From the NCBI GenBank assembly GCA_003697015.1, contig RFGL01000338.1:1-58365 (forward strand): a DNA stretch of 58,365 nucleotides, read 5' to 3'. Both the position numbers and the translations under genes were made by a program. The notes under the pieces are model-generated. The model worked only from the letters and a program-made list of their open reading frames with translations, searched no databases and was not told the DNA's origin. The stretch is from Acidobacteriota bacterium (GTDB lineage Bacteria; Acidobacteriota; Thermoanaerobaculia; Multivoradales; J023). This document shows positions 24,530 to 33,607 of the stretch, in pieces (the first letter of the stretch is position 1; every line of letters begins with the position of its first letter).

Positions 24530-26317
24530 CTATCGATCGCCGGCTTGGGGTGGGGCGAGGGGGAGGACGACGGTGGCGGTCAGGGGACGGTAGTCGTCGC
24601 GCACGGCGGCGGCTACGGCGGCGCTGCCGGCGGGCACGGGGAGCTCGAGGGTGTATTCGATGGTGCGCAGCAGGGCGCCCTCGAGCTCGCCGGCGGCGAA
24701 GGCGACGGGCACCACGGCTTTCTGCACCTGGGTCGCTCCCTGGGCCAGACCGCCGGAGGTGAGGTAGACCGACATCTGGGCGCGGTAGCCGCTCTCCCCG
24801 TCGGGGACGAAGGTCAGGCTCGCCACCGGCACCAGGATGCTCAGCGGCAGGCGGACGACGTCGTCGCGACCGGCGATCGGCCTGGCCGCCGCGGCCGCCA
24901 GCTCAACCGACAGGGGATTGTCGGTCGCCCCCAGCACCAGCGCCGTCACCGCCCGATCGGCCGCCTGGTGGTCGGCGTCGCGCAACCGGAAGCTGCGGCG
25001 GTGACGCACCTCGAGCCCCTTGTGCCGGCGCTTGAGCCTCACCTCCAGCCGGTGGCGCTCGGCGCGGGCCTCGGAGGGTGGAGGGAAGCCGAGGGTGTAG
25101 TAGGAGCGCAGCTGCGCCGCCAGGGAGTCGAGGGCGTTGTGGAAGTCGCGGCTGCCCTTGATCGCGACGCCGCCGGTGGTCTCGGCCATCATCGCCAGGA
25201 TCTGCGGATTGCCCACCCGCTGGCTGGCGCCGAAGGCGGCGCCGATCAGCGCGTCGCCGCCGCCCTGGCGGGTCGACTCGTGGCCGCGGGAGGCGAGGAA
25301 GCCCTGACCGCGCAGGCCGCCGGCATCGACCGCATGGAGGGTGATGCCGAAGTCGTTGGCGCGCGCCGCCACCGCTTCGAAGAGAGCGCTGGCGTCGATC
25401 TCGTTGACCGGCCCGCCGAGGGTGATGAAGGCCGACTGGGAGTCGTCCTGGCGGCCGGCGCCGCGGCTGATCTGGTAGCGCGAGCCCGGACCGAAGGCGC
25501 TGCGCCAGGCCTTGTAGAGGGCCTGGCCGGCATCGGCCGGCAAGGTGCCGCCGACGTAGAGGATCGCCGTGCGCCCCGGCAGGCCGGCCAGGGCGGGGAT
25601 CAGGCGGTGCAGCTGGTGGGTGGTCTGCTCGAGCTCGCGGTGGGTCTCGACGGCGAAGCCGTCGATCTGGCTCTTGAGGGTCTGAGGGGCGGAGTTGCGC
25701 TCCCGCGCCAGCACGTCGGGCCCCCCCTGGACCTGACGCTCGATCGCCGCCAGGAGAGCGAAGAAGTCGCCGGCGGCGCGGCTGCGCGGTGCGCTGGGGG
25801 GCAGCTCGTCGAGCTGCGCCAGCGCCAGCTCCGGCAACGAGGTCAAGGGCTGGACGATGGTCAGGGAGCGGTTGGCGGTGACCAGCATCACCCGATCGCC
25901 GGGCCTGAGGCCGCGGCGCAGGAAGCCGCGCAGGGCGGCGACGACCGCCTCGATCTCCCCCGGCTCGAGGTAGGTGCGGTCGAGGTAGATCACCAGGTTG
26001 AGGCGGCCGGCGCGGGCGCTCGCCAGTGGTGCCGGCACGGCGTCGCCGGCGCCGTCCGCCGCCGGGGGCAGGGGCCGTCCCCCTTCGATGGCGGCGAAGT
26101 GGGTGATGGCGACCCGTTTGCCGTCGTAGCGCAGCTCGAAGTCGTCGCGCATCAGGCCGGTGACCGGCTTGCCCTGGCGGTCGGTGACCACCACCTCGAC
26201 GTCGACCAGGCTGACGTCGATCTCTTCGACGAAGGCCGCCGGCTGCGCCGCCAGGGAAGAGGCGGCGAGGGCCAGCGCCGCGCCGGCGACGGCGGGCAGG
26301 GGGGAGGGCAGGCGCAT
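24530..26317 (-). CDS. secreted VWA-domain protein of the 'VWFA-related acidobacterial domain' type
   Basis: It has a signal peptide followed by the characteristic start FVEEIDVSLVDVEVVVTDRQGKPVTGLMRDDFELRYDGKRVAITHF. A VWA-like central region follows (LVIYLDRTYL...). Confidence 0.7.
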   Translation of the reverse strand: MRLPSPLPAVAGAALALAASSLAAQPAAFVEEIDVSLVDVEVVVTDRQGKPVTGLMRDDFELRYDGKRVAITHFAAIEGGRPLPPAADGAGDAVPAPLASARAGRLNLVIYLDRTYLEPGEIEAVVAALRGFLRRGLRPGDRVMLVTANRSLTIVQPLTSLPELALAQLDELPPSAPRSRAAGDFFALLAAIERQVQGGPDVLARERNSAPQTLKSQIDGFAVETHRELEQTTHQLHRLIPALAGLPGRTAILYVGGTLPADAGQALYKAWRSAFGPGSRYQISRGAGRQDDSQSAFITLGGPVNEIDASALFEAVAARANDFGITLHAVDAGGLRGQGFLASRGHESTRQGGGDALIGAAFGASQRVGNPQILAMMAETTGGVAIKGSRDFHNALDSLAAQLRSYYTLGFPPPSEARAERHRLEVRLKRRHKGLEVRHRRSFRLRDADHQAADRAVTALVLGATDNPLSVELAAAAARPIAGRDDVVRLPLSILVPVASLTFVPDGESGYRAQMSVYLTSGGLAQGATQVQKAVVPVAFAAGELEGALLRTIEYTLELPVPAGSAAVAAAVRDDYRPLTATVVLPLAPPQAGDR

Positions 26318-26478
26318 CGCTCAACGATTGTAGTCCACGCAGTCCACCCCCTCTCCGGGGGAGCCGGCGGCGCCGTAAGACGAGATCGTAAGCTGGGGTT
26401 GGTACATCCTTTGCTGGGCCGTCTGACGACCCCGGCCGGGATGCGCCCCCGGGGCGACACCATCCAGGAGGACGACCG

Positions 26479-28173
26479 ATGAAGAAAACCCGCCTGTTGC
26501 TTGCATCGATAGCCGTCGCCCCGCTGCTCGCCGCCTGGCCGGCGGCGGCGCAGAGCGGCGAGAAATTGTCGCGCCGCGGCGGCGCGACGCTCTACGAGAA
26601 CACGGACTTCCGCGGCCGCCAGGAGACCTTCTTCGCCGACGACGCCGACCTCGGCGACAACGCCATCGGCCGCAACCGCGCCTCGTCGGTGCGCGTCGAC
26701 CGCGGCTGCCGGGCGCGGCTCTACAGCGAGGTCGGCTTCCGCGGCACCTACGCCGAGATCATCGGCGACGAGCCCGACCTGCGCGGCACGCCGATCGGCA
26801 ACGACCGCGCCCGCTCGATCAAGGTGCGTTGCGGCTTCGACCTCGATTGGGGCGACGGCCGGGACGCCCCCGCCCCCGTCCCCGGCCGCCGCGGCGCCAC
26901 CCTCTACGCCGACGCCCGCTTCGCCGGCGCCAGCGAGAGCTTCGGCCCGGGCGACGTCGCCGACCTGTCGCGCAGCCGCATCGGCAACGACCGGGTGAGC
27001 TCGATCCGCATCGACGCCGGCTGCCGCGCGCGGCTCTACGCCGAAGCCGGATTCCGCGGCGCGATGAGCGAATTCGGAGCCGACGACGCCGACCTCAGCC
27101 ACACCGAGGTGGGCAGCGATCGGGCGTCGTCGCTCAAGGTGCGCTGCGGCGGACCGCCCTTTGATTTCGGCGACGCCGACACCCGTCGCCGCGGCGTCAC
27201 CCTGTTCAGCGAGCCGCGCTACGGCGGCCGCGCCCAGACCTTCTACGAGGACGTCGCCGACCTGTCGCGCAGCCGGGTGGGCAACGATCGCGCCGCCTCC
27301 CTGCGCCTCGATCCGGGCTGCCGGGTGCGGCTCTTCAAGGACAGCTCCTTCCGCGGCGACTTCATCGAGCTGCGCAGCGACGTCCCCGACCTCGGCTCGA
27401 CCGTCCTCGGCTCGCGCAGCGTCTCGTCCCTCGCGCTGCGCTGCGACGGCGCGCCCTGGGGCAGCGGCCTGCCCGGCGACGATCACCACCACGACAGCGA
27501 CGATCACCACCACGACAGCGACGATCACCACCACGACAGCGACGATCACCACCATGAGGGCGGCGACCCCTACGACGACGACGATCACCACCACGATCGA
27601 GGTGGCGACCGGCGCGGCGTGACCCTCTATCGCGACGCCGAGTTCCGCGGCGTGGCGGAGACCTTCTACGGCGACGTCCCCAACCTCAAGGGCAGCCGCA
27701 TCGGCAACGACAAGGCATCCTCCGTGGCCCTCGATCGCGGCTGCCGAGCGCGGCTCTACGAGCACGCCGAGTACCGCGGCGACTACGTCGAGCTGCGTTA
27801 CGACGAGCCCTATCTCGAGGCCACGCCGATCGGCAATGACTCGGTGTCGTCCCTCGAGGTGCGGTGCGGGCCCTACGACGACTGGGGCGGCGGCCGGCGC
27901 GGCCGCCACCACGGCTCGGTGACCCTCTTCCGCGACGTCGACTTCGAGGGCGTGGCGGAGACCTTCTACGGCGACGTCCCCAACCTCAAGGGCAGCCGCA
28001 TCGGCAACGACAAGGCGTCGTCGGTGCACGTCGACCGCGGCTGCCGGGTGTGGCTCTACGAGGACGCGGACTACCGCGGCGACTACGTCGTGCTGCATCA
28101 CGACGAGCCCGACCTCGACGCCACGCCGGTGGGCGGCGACCGCGTCTCCTCCCTGCGCCTGGAGTGCCGCTGA
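26479..28173 (+). CDS. secreted protein with five beta-gamma-crystallin domains (ten Greek-key motifs) and a His/Asp-rich linker
   Basis: The ATG is preceded by AGGAGGA, and the signal peptide is LLLASIAVAPLLAAWPAAAQ. There are five ~85-aa units of the type G(A/V)TL(Y/F)...F.G....F......L....IGND..SS..V..GC.(A/V).LY....(F/Y)RG......D.PDL......D..SS..V.C. DDHHHDS repeats lie between units 3 and 4. Confidence 0.8.
   Translation: MKKTRLLLASIAVAPLLAAWPAAAQSGEKLSRRGGATLYENTDFRGRQETFFADDADLGDNAIGRNRASSVRVDRGCRARLYSEVGFRGTYAEIIGDEPDLRGTPIGNDRARSIKVRCGFDLDWGDGRDAPAPVPGRRGATLYADARFAGASESFGPGDVADLSRSRIGNDRVSSIRIDAGCRARLYAEAGFRGAMSEFGADDADLSHTEVGSDRASSLKVRCGGPPFDFGDADTRRRGVTLFSEPRYGGRAQTFYEDVADLSRSRVGNDRAASLRLDPGCRVRLFKDSSFRGDFIELRSDVPDLGSTVLGSRSVSSLALRCDGAPWGSGLPGDDHHHDSDDHHHDSDDHHHDSDDHHHEGGDPYDDDDHHHDRGGDRRGVTLYRDAEFRGVAETFYGDVPNLKGSRIGNDKASSVALDRGCRARLYEHAEYRGDYVELRYDEPYLEATPIGNDSVSSLEVRCGPYDDWGGGRRGRHHGSVTLFRDVDFEGVAETFYGDVPNLKGSRIGNDKASSVHVDRGCRVWLYEDADYRGDYVVLHHDEPDLDATPVGGDRVSSLRLECR
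27478..27555 (+). repeat. 21-bp in-frame tandem repeat (3.7 copies) encoding (DDHHHDS)n
   Basis: gacgatcaccaccacgacagc occurs at 27478-27498, 27499-27519 and 27520-27540, with a partial copy to 27555. All copies are identical at the DNA level. Confidence 0.95.
27651..28016 (+). repeat. 66-bp identical direct repeat exactly 300 bp apart (crystallin units 4 and 5)
   Basis: cgtggcggagaccttctacggcgacgtccccaacctcaagggcagccgcatcggcaacgacaaggc occurs at 27651-27716 and again at 27951-28016. Confidence 0.9.
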
Positions 28174-28180
28174 GCGCCGA

Positions 28181-29983
28181 TCAGGCAGTGAGCGGCCGGC
28201 TGAGCACCAGCACCGACGACTCGTGGCCCGCCTCGTCGCGGATCAGGGTGAAGCGGCTGTCCACCGCCAGCCGCTCGCCGCTGCGGGTCGTCAGGTGGAG
28301 GACGCCGCGCCACGCTCCGCGCTGGCGCAACGCCTGGCGCACTTCGGCGTAGCGCTCCGACCCGTCGCCGGCGAGGAGGTGCTCGACCGGCCGGCCGAGC
28401 ACCTCGTCGCGCGACCAGCCGCAGAGCTCCTCGGCGCTCGGATTCCAATAGCGCAGGCGGGCGTCGAGGTCGAGCACGCAGATCGCGTCGCGCGCCTGAT
28501 CGAGCAGCAGCGCCTGCTCGCGGAGGGTCTGCTCGGCGTGCTCCATCTCGGTGACGTCGTGGCCGACGATGATCAGGCAGCGTTCGCCGGCGATCTTGAT
28601 CGGCTGGGCGGAGAACAGGGCGATGCGACGCTCCCCCGCCTTGTTGCGGTAGGGCAGCTTGAGGTCGCGGACGCTGCCGTGCTCCTCCACCGCGCGCACG
28701 ATCTGCGCCCGATCTTCCGGATCGAACCAGATGCCCAGCTCGCTCGAGGTGCGGCCGAGAATGGCGCCCCGGCGGTAGCCGAGGAGACGTTCGAAGGCGG
28801 GGTTGACCTCGACGAAACGCCCGTCCTCCGCCGTCGAGATGGCGATCGCGTCGGGCGAGAAGCGGAAGGCGCGAGCAAACTTCTCCTCCGACGCGGAGAG
28901 GGCTTCGCGGGCGCTGCGCCGCTCGATGATCACCCGCAGATCCTGCTCGCTGGCGCGCAGGGAGCTCTCGATCTGCCGCCGGTCGCGCTCGAGGGCGCGG
29001 GCGCGCCCTTCGAGCCACCGGCGCTGCAGCAGCGCGACGGTACCGAAGAGCACCAGCCAGCCGAGCACCAGGAGCTCGCGCGCGTCGCGCAGCTCGGCCG
29101 TCTCGCTGCCGCCGAAGGCGCACCACCCGAAGTGCACCAAGGCGAGGATCAGAGCGGCGGCCATGGCCTGCCCCTGGGGCAGGATGGTGGCGTCCTGTTG
29201 CTGCACCGGCGTCGCCGGCCGCGGCCCGGGGACGGCGGCACGCAGCCGGGCCGCCAGCAGGACCGCCGCCGCCGGCAGGTAGCTCAACCCCTCCCCCAGC
29301 ACCACCGCCCAGGCCGGCGGCGACGGCGCCAGGTGACGCAGCAACAGATCGGCCAGGAAGGCCGCACTGGCGGCCGCCAGGAGGGCGTAGATCGCCCGCA
29401 TGACGGGGCTCGGCGCGGCGCGCGCGGCGAAGAGGAAACGGCCGCTCAGATAGACCGCGAAGAGAGCGTAGACCGGCGACCCCAGCCAGCTGCCCGTCGC
29501 CTCCCCCTCGCCGAGGGCCGCCGGCAACCAGACGAAATAGGACAGCAGACCCAGCACCAGCGCCGACGACGCCGGCCAGGCGCCCGGGGTCAGGGGGCGC
29601 CAGGGCTGGCGCTCCGCCGCCAGCGCCAGGGCGACGAAGGAGACCGCCAGCAAGCTGGAACGGAGCACCTCGCCCCAGGCTCCTTGCGCCCCTGCGGCGA
29701 TCAGCACCAGAGTCAGCGTCCAGGCGCTGATCGACGCCGCCAGCGGCCGCCACAGGCAGATCTCCCGCCGCTGGCGCCTCGCCCATGCCTGCCGCCACAG
29801 GGCCGCCGCGGCGAGCGCCGCGGCGAGCACGGCGATGGGATGGCCGGAGACGGCGGGACCGGAGACGGCGCGGCCGGCGACGGCGAGCACCCACCCCGCC
29901 CCCCACAGGACGAGCATCCCCTGGCACCAGCGGTCGTGCCGCAGCAGGCGGGCGAAGAGCCGCAAGGGATCCGCCGGCGTCAT
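28181..29983 (-). CDS. polytopic membrane protein with two C-terminal PAS domains and no output domain
   Basis: The ATG at 29983 (MTPADPL) is preceded by GGAGGAGG and overlaps the upstream stop (ATGA). About 330 aa form a multi-TM region, followed by a coiled coil and two PAS modules (EEKFARAFRFSPDAIAIS..., LLLDQARDAICVLD...YWNPSAEELCGW). The protein ends right after PAS2. Confidence 0.75.
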   Translation of the reverse strand: MTPADPLRLFARLLRHDRWCQGMLVLWGAGWVLAVAGRAVSGPAVSGHPIAVLAAALAAAALWRQAWARRQRREICLWRPLAASISAWTLTLVLIAAGAQGAWGEVLRSSLLAVSFVALALAAERQPWRPLTPGAWPASSALVLGLLSYFVWLPAALGEGEATGSWLGSPVYALFAVYLSGRFLFAARAAPSPVMRAIYALLAAASAAFLADLLLRHLAPSPPAWAVVLGEGLSYLPAAAVLLAARLRAAVPGPRPATPVQQQDATILPQGQAMAAALILALVHFGWCAFGGSETAELRDARELLVLGWLVLFGTVALLQRRWLEGRARALERDRRQIESSLRASEQDLRVIIERRSAREALSASEEKFARAFRFSPDAIAISTAEDGRFVEVNPAFERLLGYRRGAILGRTSSELGIWFDPEDRAQIVRAVEEHGSVRDLKLPYRNKAGERRIALFSAQPIKIAGERCLIIVGHDVTEMEHAEQTLREQALLLDQARDAICVLDLDARLRYWNPSAEELCGWSRDEVLGRPVEHLLAGDGSERYAEVRQALRQRGAWRGVLHLTTRSGERLAVDSRFTLIRDEAGHESSVLVLSRPLTA

Positions 29984-31887
29984 CGCCCTCCTCCCTCGGC
30001 GCGGACTGCCGCCGCCGTCCGGGCGGGGGTATGGATCATCAGCCGGCCGTGGGGCCGGCCGGCCTCGTCGTAGATCAAGGTCCAGCGGCCGTCGATCCGC
30101 AGCGCCTCGCCGGCCCGGTTGCGCTGGTCCAGCTGGCCGATCCAGTCGCCCTTGGCGTCGACCGCGTCCATCGCCCGCTGCCAGGCCTCGTCGTCCGCCG
30201 CCAGCCGCTGGCGCAGGGGGAGGCCGAGCACCTCTTCCACCCGCCAGCCATAGAGCCGCGCGGCGCCGCGGTTCCAGTAGGTCACGCGATCCTCCAGGTC
30301 GAGGACGATGATCGCGTCGTGGGCCTGATCGAGACGCGCCGCCTGCTCGCCGACCAGGGCCAGGGCCCGCTGCTGCTCGGTGACGTCGCGCGCCAGGCTG
30401 AGCAGGCAGCGCTCGCCGCTGAGCTCGATCACCCGCGCGTCCATCAGCATGGTGCGCACCGCCCCGTCCTTGCGACGGAAACGGAAGCGCTGGTTGCGCA
30501 CCGTGCCGAGCTCGCGCAGCCGCTCGATCAGTTCGCTGCGATCGTCCGGGCGCAGCCAGATGCGGAGCTCCTCCGACGTCCTGCCGATCGCCTCGCTGGC
30601 GGCGTAGCCGGTCATGCGCTCGAAGCCCTCGTTGATCTCCAGGATGCGACCGTCGGCCAGACGCGAGATCGCCATGCTGCTCGGGCAGGCGCGGAAGACC
30701 TTGGCGAAACGGTCTTTGGAGGTGCGGATGGCGTCGGCGGCGGTCTTGCGCTCGAGCATCAAGCGCAGGTCCTGCTCGCTCTTGCGCAAAGCCAGCTCGA
30801 CCCGCCGGCGCTCGCGCCACAGCTGCGCCGTCTTGCGCCTCAGCAGGTAGTGCTGGAGCAGAGCGATGCCGCCGAGGAGGAGGAGGGAGGCGAAGACCAA
30901 CCGTTCGCGCGGCACGCGGCTGGCGTCGGACAGCAGGCCGAGGGCATAGCCGGCGGCGTGGAGCAGAGGAAAGGCGAGGGCGGCGACGACGGTGTGGACG
31001 GTGACCTCGAGCCGATCCGCCGCTCCTTTCTCCGCCTCGCCGGCCGGCAGCACGAACGCCAGGCGACGGCTGCGCACCGCCAGCAGGGCGCCGAAGCTGG
31101 CGGCGGGGCCGCCGAGCCAGTCGGCCCAGGCCGCGTCGAGCCCCAGGCTGCGCCCGAGATCGCCGGCCAGCCAGCTGCCGGCGAGCACGGCCAGCAAGAG
31201 GTAGATCGTCCGCCAGCGCGGCTGGCGGGCGTCCGCCGCCAGGATCAGCAGCTGGACGGTGAGGTAGGCCTCGAGCACCGTGGCGAGGCCGGCGGAGGGG
31301 GCCCCGCTGACGTAGCTTCCCCGGTCGACCAGCAGCGGGATCCCCACGAAGTAGAGGAAGAGCCCGAGAACGAAGAGCGCCACCGCCGGCCAGGTCAGCA
31401 TGGTCTCCAGCCCGGTAGGACGCCAGCGCGAGCGGCGGTGGGGGCGGCGCTCGACGGCGATCAGCAAGAAGGCGTAGGCCAGCGCGGCGATGGCGTCGGC
31501 GGCGAGGCGGTGCACGGCAGGAGACGCGGGAAGCGCGATCCCCAGGCGCAGCAGCTCGGCCAGTCCCCAGCAGGCGAAGGCGACGGTCAGCTCGGTCCAG
31601 AACGGACGCTCCTGGCGATCGACGATCCGCCGCCGGCCGCGCAGCAAGGCGACCAGCAGCAGGGCGAGCACCGCCAGGCCGGCGGCGCTCCCGAGCTGCC
31701 GCGCCGCCCCCATCCCGCCGGCGGCGAGGAAGGCCGCCGCCACGCCGGCCAGGACCCCTGCCAGGCCCAGCTGGATGAAGACGTCGCGCCGCACCAATCG
31801 CCGCAGAGCGTCCAGCGGCGAGCGCACGAGCGCATGGATCGCGTCGGTCATGGTCGTTGTGCCGCCTGCGCCTGCCGGATGGCGCAC
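29980..31887 (-). CDS. polytopic membrane protein with two C-terminal PAS domains and no output domain (paralogue of the downstream gene)
   Basis: Same architecture as 28181-29983 (KDRFAKVFRACPSSMAIS..., ARLDQAHDAIIVLD...YWNRGAARLYGW). The start is uncertain: ATG at 31887, or ATG at 31851 (MTDAIHAL). Confidence 0.7.
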   Translation of the reverse strand: MRHPAGAGGTTTMTDAIHALVRSPLDALRRLVRRDVFIQLGLAGVLAGVAAAFLAAGGMGAARQLGSAAGLAVLALLLVALLRGRRRIVDRQERPFWTELTVAFACWGLAELLRLGIALPASPAVHRLAADAIAALAYAFLLIAVERRPHRRSRWRPTGLETMLTWPAVALFVLGLFLYFVGIPLLVDRGSYVSGAPSAGLATVLEAYLTVQLLILAADARQPRWRTIYLLLAVLAGSWLAGDLGRSLGLDAAWADWLGGPAASFGALLAVRSRRLAFVLPAGEAEKGAADRLEVTVHTVVAALAFPLLHAAGYALGLLSDASRVPRERLVFASLLLLGGIALLQHYLLRRKTAQLWRERRRVELALRKSEQDLRLMLERKTAADAIRTSKDRFAKVFRACPSSMAISRLADGRILEINEGFERMTGYAASEAIGRTSEELRIWLRPDDRSELIERLRELGTVRNQRFRFRRKDGAVRTMLMDARVIELSGERCLLSLARDVTEQQRALALVGEQAARLDQAHDAIIVLDLEDRVTYWNRGAARLYGWRVEEVLGLPLRQRLAADDEAWQRAMDAVDAKGDWIGQLDQRNRAGEALRIDGRWTLIYDEAGRPHGRLMIHTPARTAAAVRAEGGGR

Positions 31888-32007
31888 GCGGGGGGTGGCC
31901 GCGGGGGCACCGTCCGCCCGCGACCGGCGGCCGGGGGAAGTCGAACGGCGTCGTGGCCGCCTATGCTACCGCTTCCATCGAGACTTGAGACTATTCAAAC
32001 GTGTCGT

Positions 32008-32838
32008 TCAACGAAACCACGGGCAGGCATCGCGCAATCCCCAGTACAGCACCCGCGCCAGCACCCGCTCGCGGTAGGCGGCGGTGGAGCGCAGGTCGTC
32101 GATCGGCGATACGTCCCGGCGGAGTGCGGGAAGCAGGTCGGCGGGGCCGGCGATCGGCGTCTCGTTGGCGAGCAGGCGCTCGACGCTGGGGCAGCGGCAG
32201 ACGGTGGGAGCGACGCTGTTGGCCACCACCCGCCAGCCGGCGGCGGAACGGGTGACCGCCGCGCCGACCTTGGTGATCGCCTGGGCCCGCCGCGAGCCGA
32301 CCTTCTCGAACCACTGCAGATCGTAGCGCCGCCGCGGCAGGCGGATGCTGCGGATCAGCTGCTCGGGCCGCCGGCGCATGTCCTTGTACCCGCGGTAGAA
32401 GGACGCCAGCGGCACGAGCTCGACGCCGTCGCGCGACGCCAGCTCGAGCACCGCGTCGTAGGCCATCAGCACCGGCACCCCGTCGGCGGCGGGAGAGGCG
32501 TTGGCCACGTTGCCGGCCCAGGTGCCGCGGGCCTGGATCTGGATCGCGCCGACCTGGCGGGCGGCGCAGGCGAGGAGCGGAAAGGCCCGCCGCACCGCCG
32601 GGTCCTGGAGCACGTCCCAGTAGGTGGTCAGGGCCCCCAACACCAGCGCCTCGTCGCTCAGCCGGTGAGGGCGCAGCTCGGCCTCGAGGGCCGACAGATC
32701 GAGGTAGGTACGGCGGTGGGCGTCGAGCTGCTGCGGCCACTCGACCAGCAGATCGGTGCCGCCGGCCACCGGCACGGCGCGATGCTCGGCGAGCAGGTCG
32801 CACGCCTCTTCCAAGCTGGCCGGCAGCAGGACGTTCAC
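32008..32838 (-). CDS. xanthine dehydrogenase family FAD-binding (medium, CoxM/XdhB-like) subunit
   Basis: VPVAGGTDLLV, GALTTY, ARQVGAIQIQARGTWAGNVANASPAAD and the C-terminal DDLRSTAAYR are typical of the FAD-binding subunit of molybdenum hydroxylases. Confidence 0.8.
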   Translation of the reverse strand: MNVLLPASLEEACDLLAEHRAVPVAGGTDLLVEWPQQLDAHRRTYLDLSALEAELRPHRLSDEALVLGALTTYWDVLQDPAVRRAFPLLACAARQVGAIQIQARGTWAGNVANASPAADGVPVLMAYDAVLELASRDGVELVPLASFYRGYKDMRRRPEQLIRSIRLPRRRYDLQWFEKVGSRRAQAITKVGAAVTRSAAGWRVVANSVAPTVCRCPSVERLLANETPIAGPADLLPALRRDVSPIDDLRSTAAYRERVLARVLYWGLRDACPWFR

Positions 32839-33350
32839 GAACGCGCCCCGCGGGCCTTCGTCTTCGCCGCCGCCGCCAGGTCGGCCTCGACCCCCTCGAC
32901 GATGCCGTCATAACCGGTACAGCGGCAGAGGTTGCCGGCCATCAGCTGGCGCACCGTATGCTGCTCCAGGAGCTCCGGATGACGCGCCACCCAGCGCGCG
33001 GTCATCGCCACGCCGGGGGTGCAGGCGCCGCATTGGGTAGCCCCGGAAGCGTGCAGATTGGCCACCTCCGCCGGCGTCAAGGACTCGACCGTCTCCACCC
33101 GCCGGCCGCGGACCTGGTAGGCCGGCACCAGGCAGCTCATCACCGGCAGGCCGTCGAGGTAGACGGTGCACGCTCCGCACTCGCCTTCGCCGCAGCCCTC
33201 CTTGGTGCCCGGCAGGCCGAGGCGGTAGCGGAGCACGTCGAGCAGGCGCTCCGCCGGGTCGACCGCCACCGACGTGGTCTCGCCGTTCAACGTCAGGGTG
33301 ACGTCGAGCAGGCCGCGGGTCTCATCGTCTCGGTCAGCCATCGTCTCCAT
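32835..33350 (-). CDS. xanthine dehydrogenase family [2Fe-2S]-binding small (CoxS-like) subunit
   Basis: GCGEGECGACTV, SC, QCGACTPG and CRCTGY are the two canonical 2Fe-2S cysteine clusters. It overlaps the downstream FAD-subunit gene by 4 nt. Confidence 0.85.
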   Translation of the reverse strand: METMADRDDETRGLLDVTLTLNGETTSVAVDPAERLLDVLRYRLGLPGTKEGCGEGECGACTVYLDGLPVMSCLVPAYQVRGRRVETVESLTPAEVANLHASGATQCGACTPGVAMTARWVARHPELLEQHTVRQLMAGNLCRCTGYDGIVEGVEADLAAAAKTKARGARS

Positions 33351-33437
33351 CCGTTCGTCTCACGCCGATTCTTCCAGGCGCCGGAGCAAAGGGCAAGGCG
33401 GCGTCGCGGCCGCCTCCACCCCGCCGGCGGCAAGCCA

Positions 33438-33446
33438 TGCTAGAAT
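33438..33446 (+). promoter_or_regulatory. candidate extended -10 element (TGcTAGAAT) upstream of the PhoD-like gene
   Basis: TGCTAGAAT at 33438-33446 lies in the divergent intergenic region, about 160 nt upstream of the GTG at 33608. No convincing -35 element was seen. Confidence 0.3.
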
Positions 33447-33607
33447 CGCACCACTGTATCGACTTCGACAGCGTGGTTTTGTCGGACTGAGGACGAAGCA
33501 CGTGCAGCCTCCGGCGCGCCGTGTCGGCCGTAGCCGAAAGCTCGGCGGAGTATGCGCCGCCGCGATGCCGATCAGCCGGATCAGGCTTACGACGAAAGGA
33601 GACGATC

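Noticed and set aside
28181-30820. 879-aa ORF suggesting one very large PAS protein. Similarly, the 1044-aa ORF at 35051-38185.
   Set aside because: The upstream parts are out-of-frame read-through across neighbouring genes. Internal ATGs with strong SD motifs and stop/start overlaps (29983 and 35650) define the real genes.
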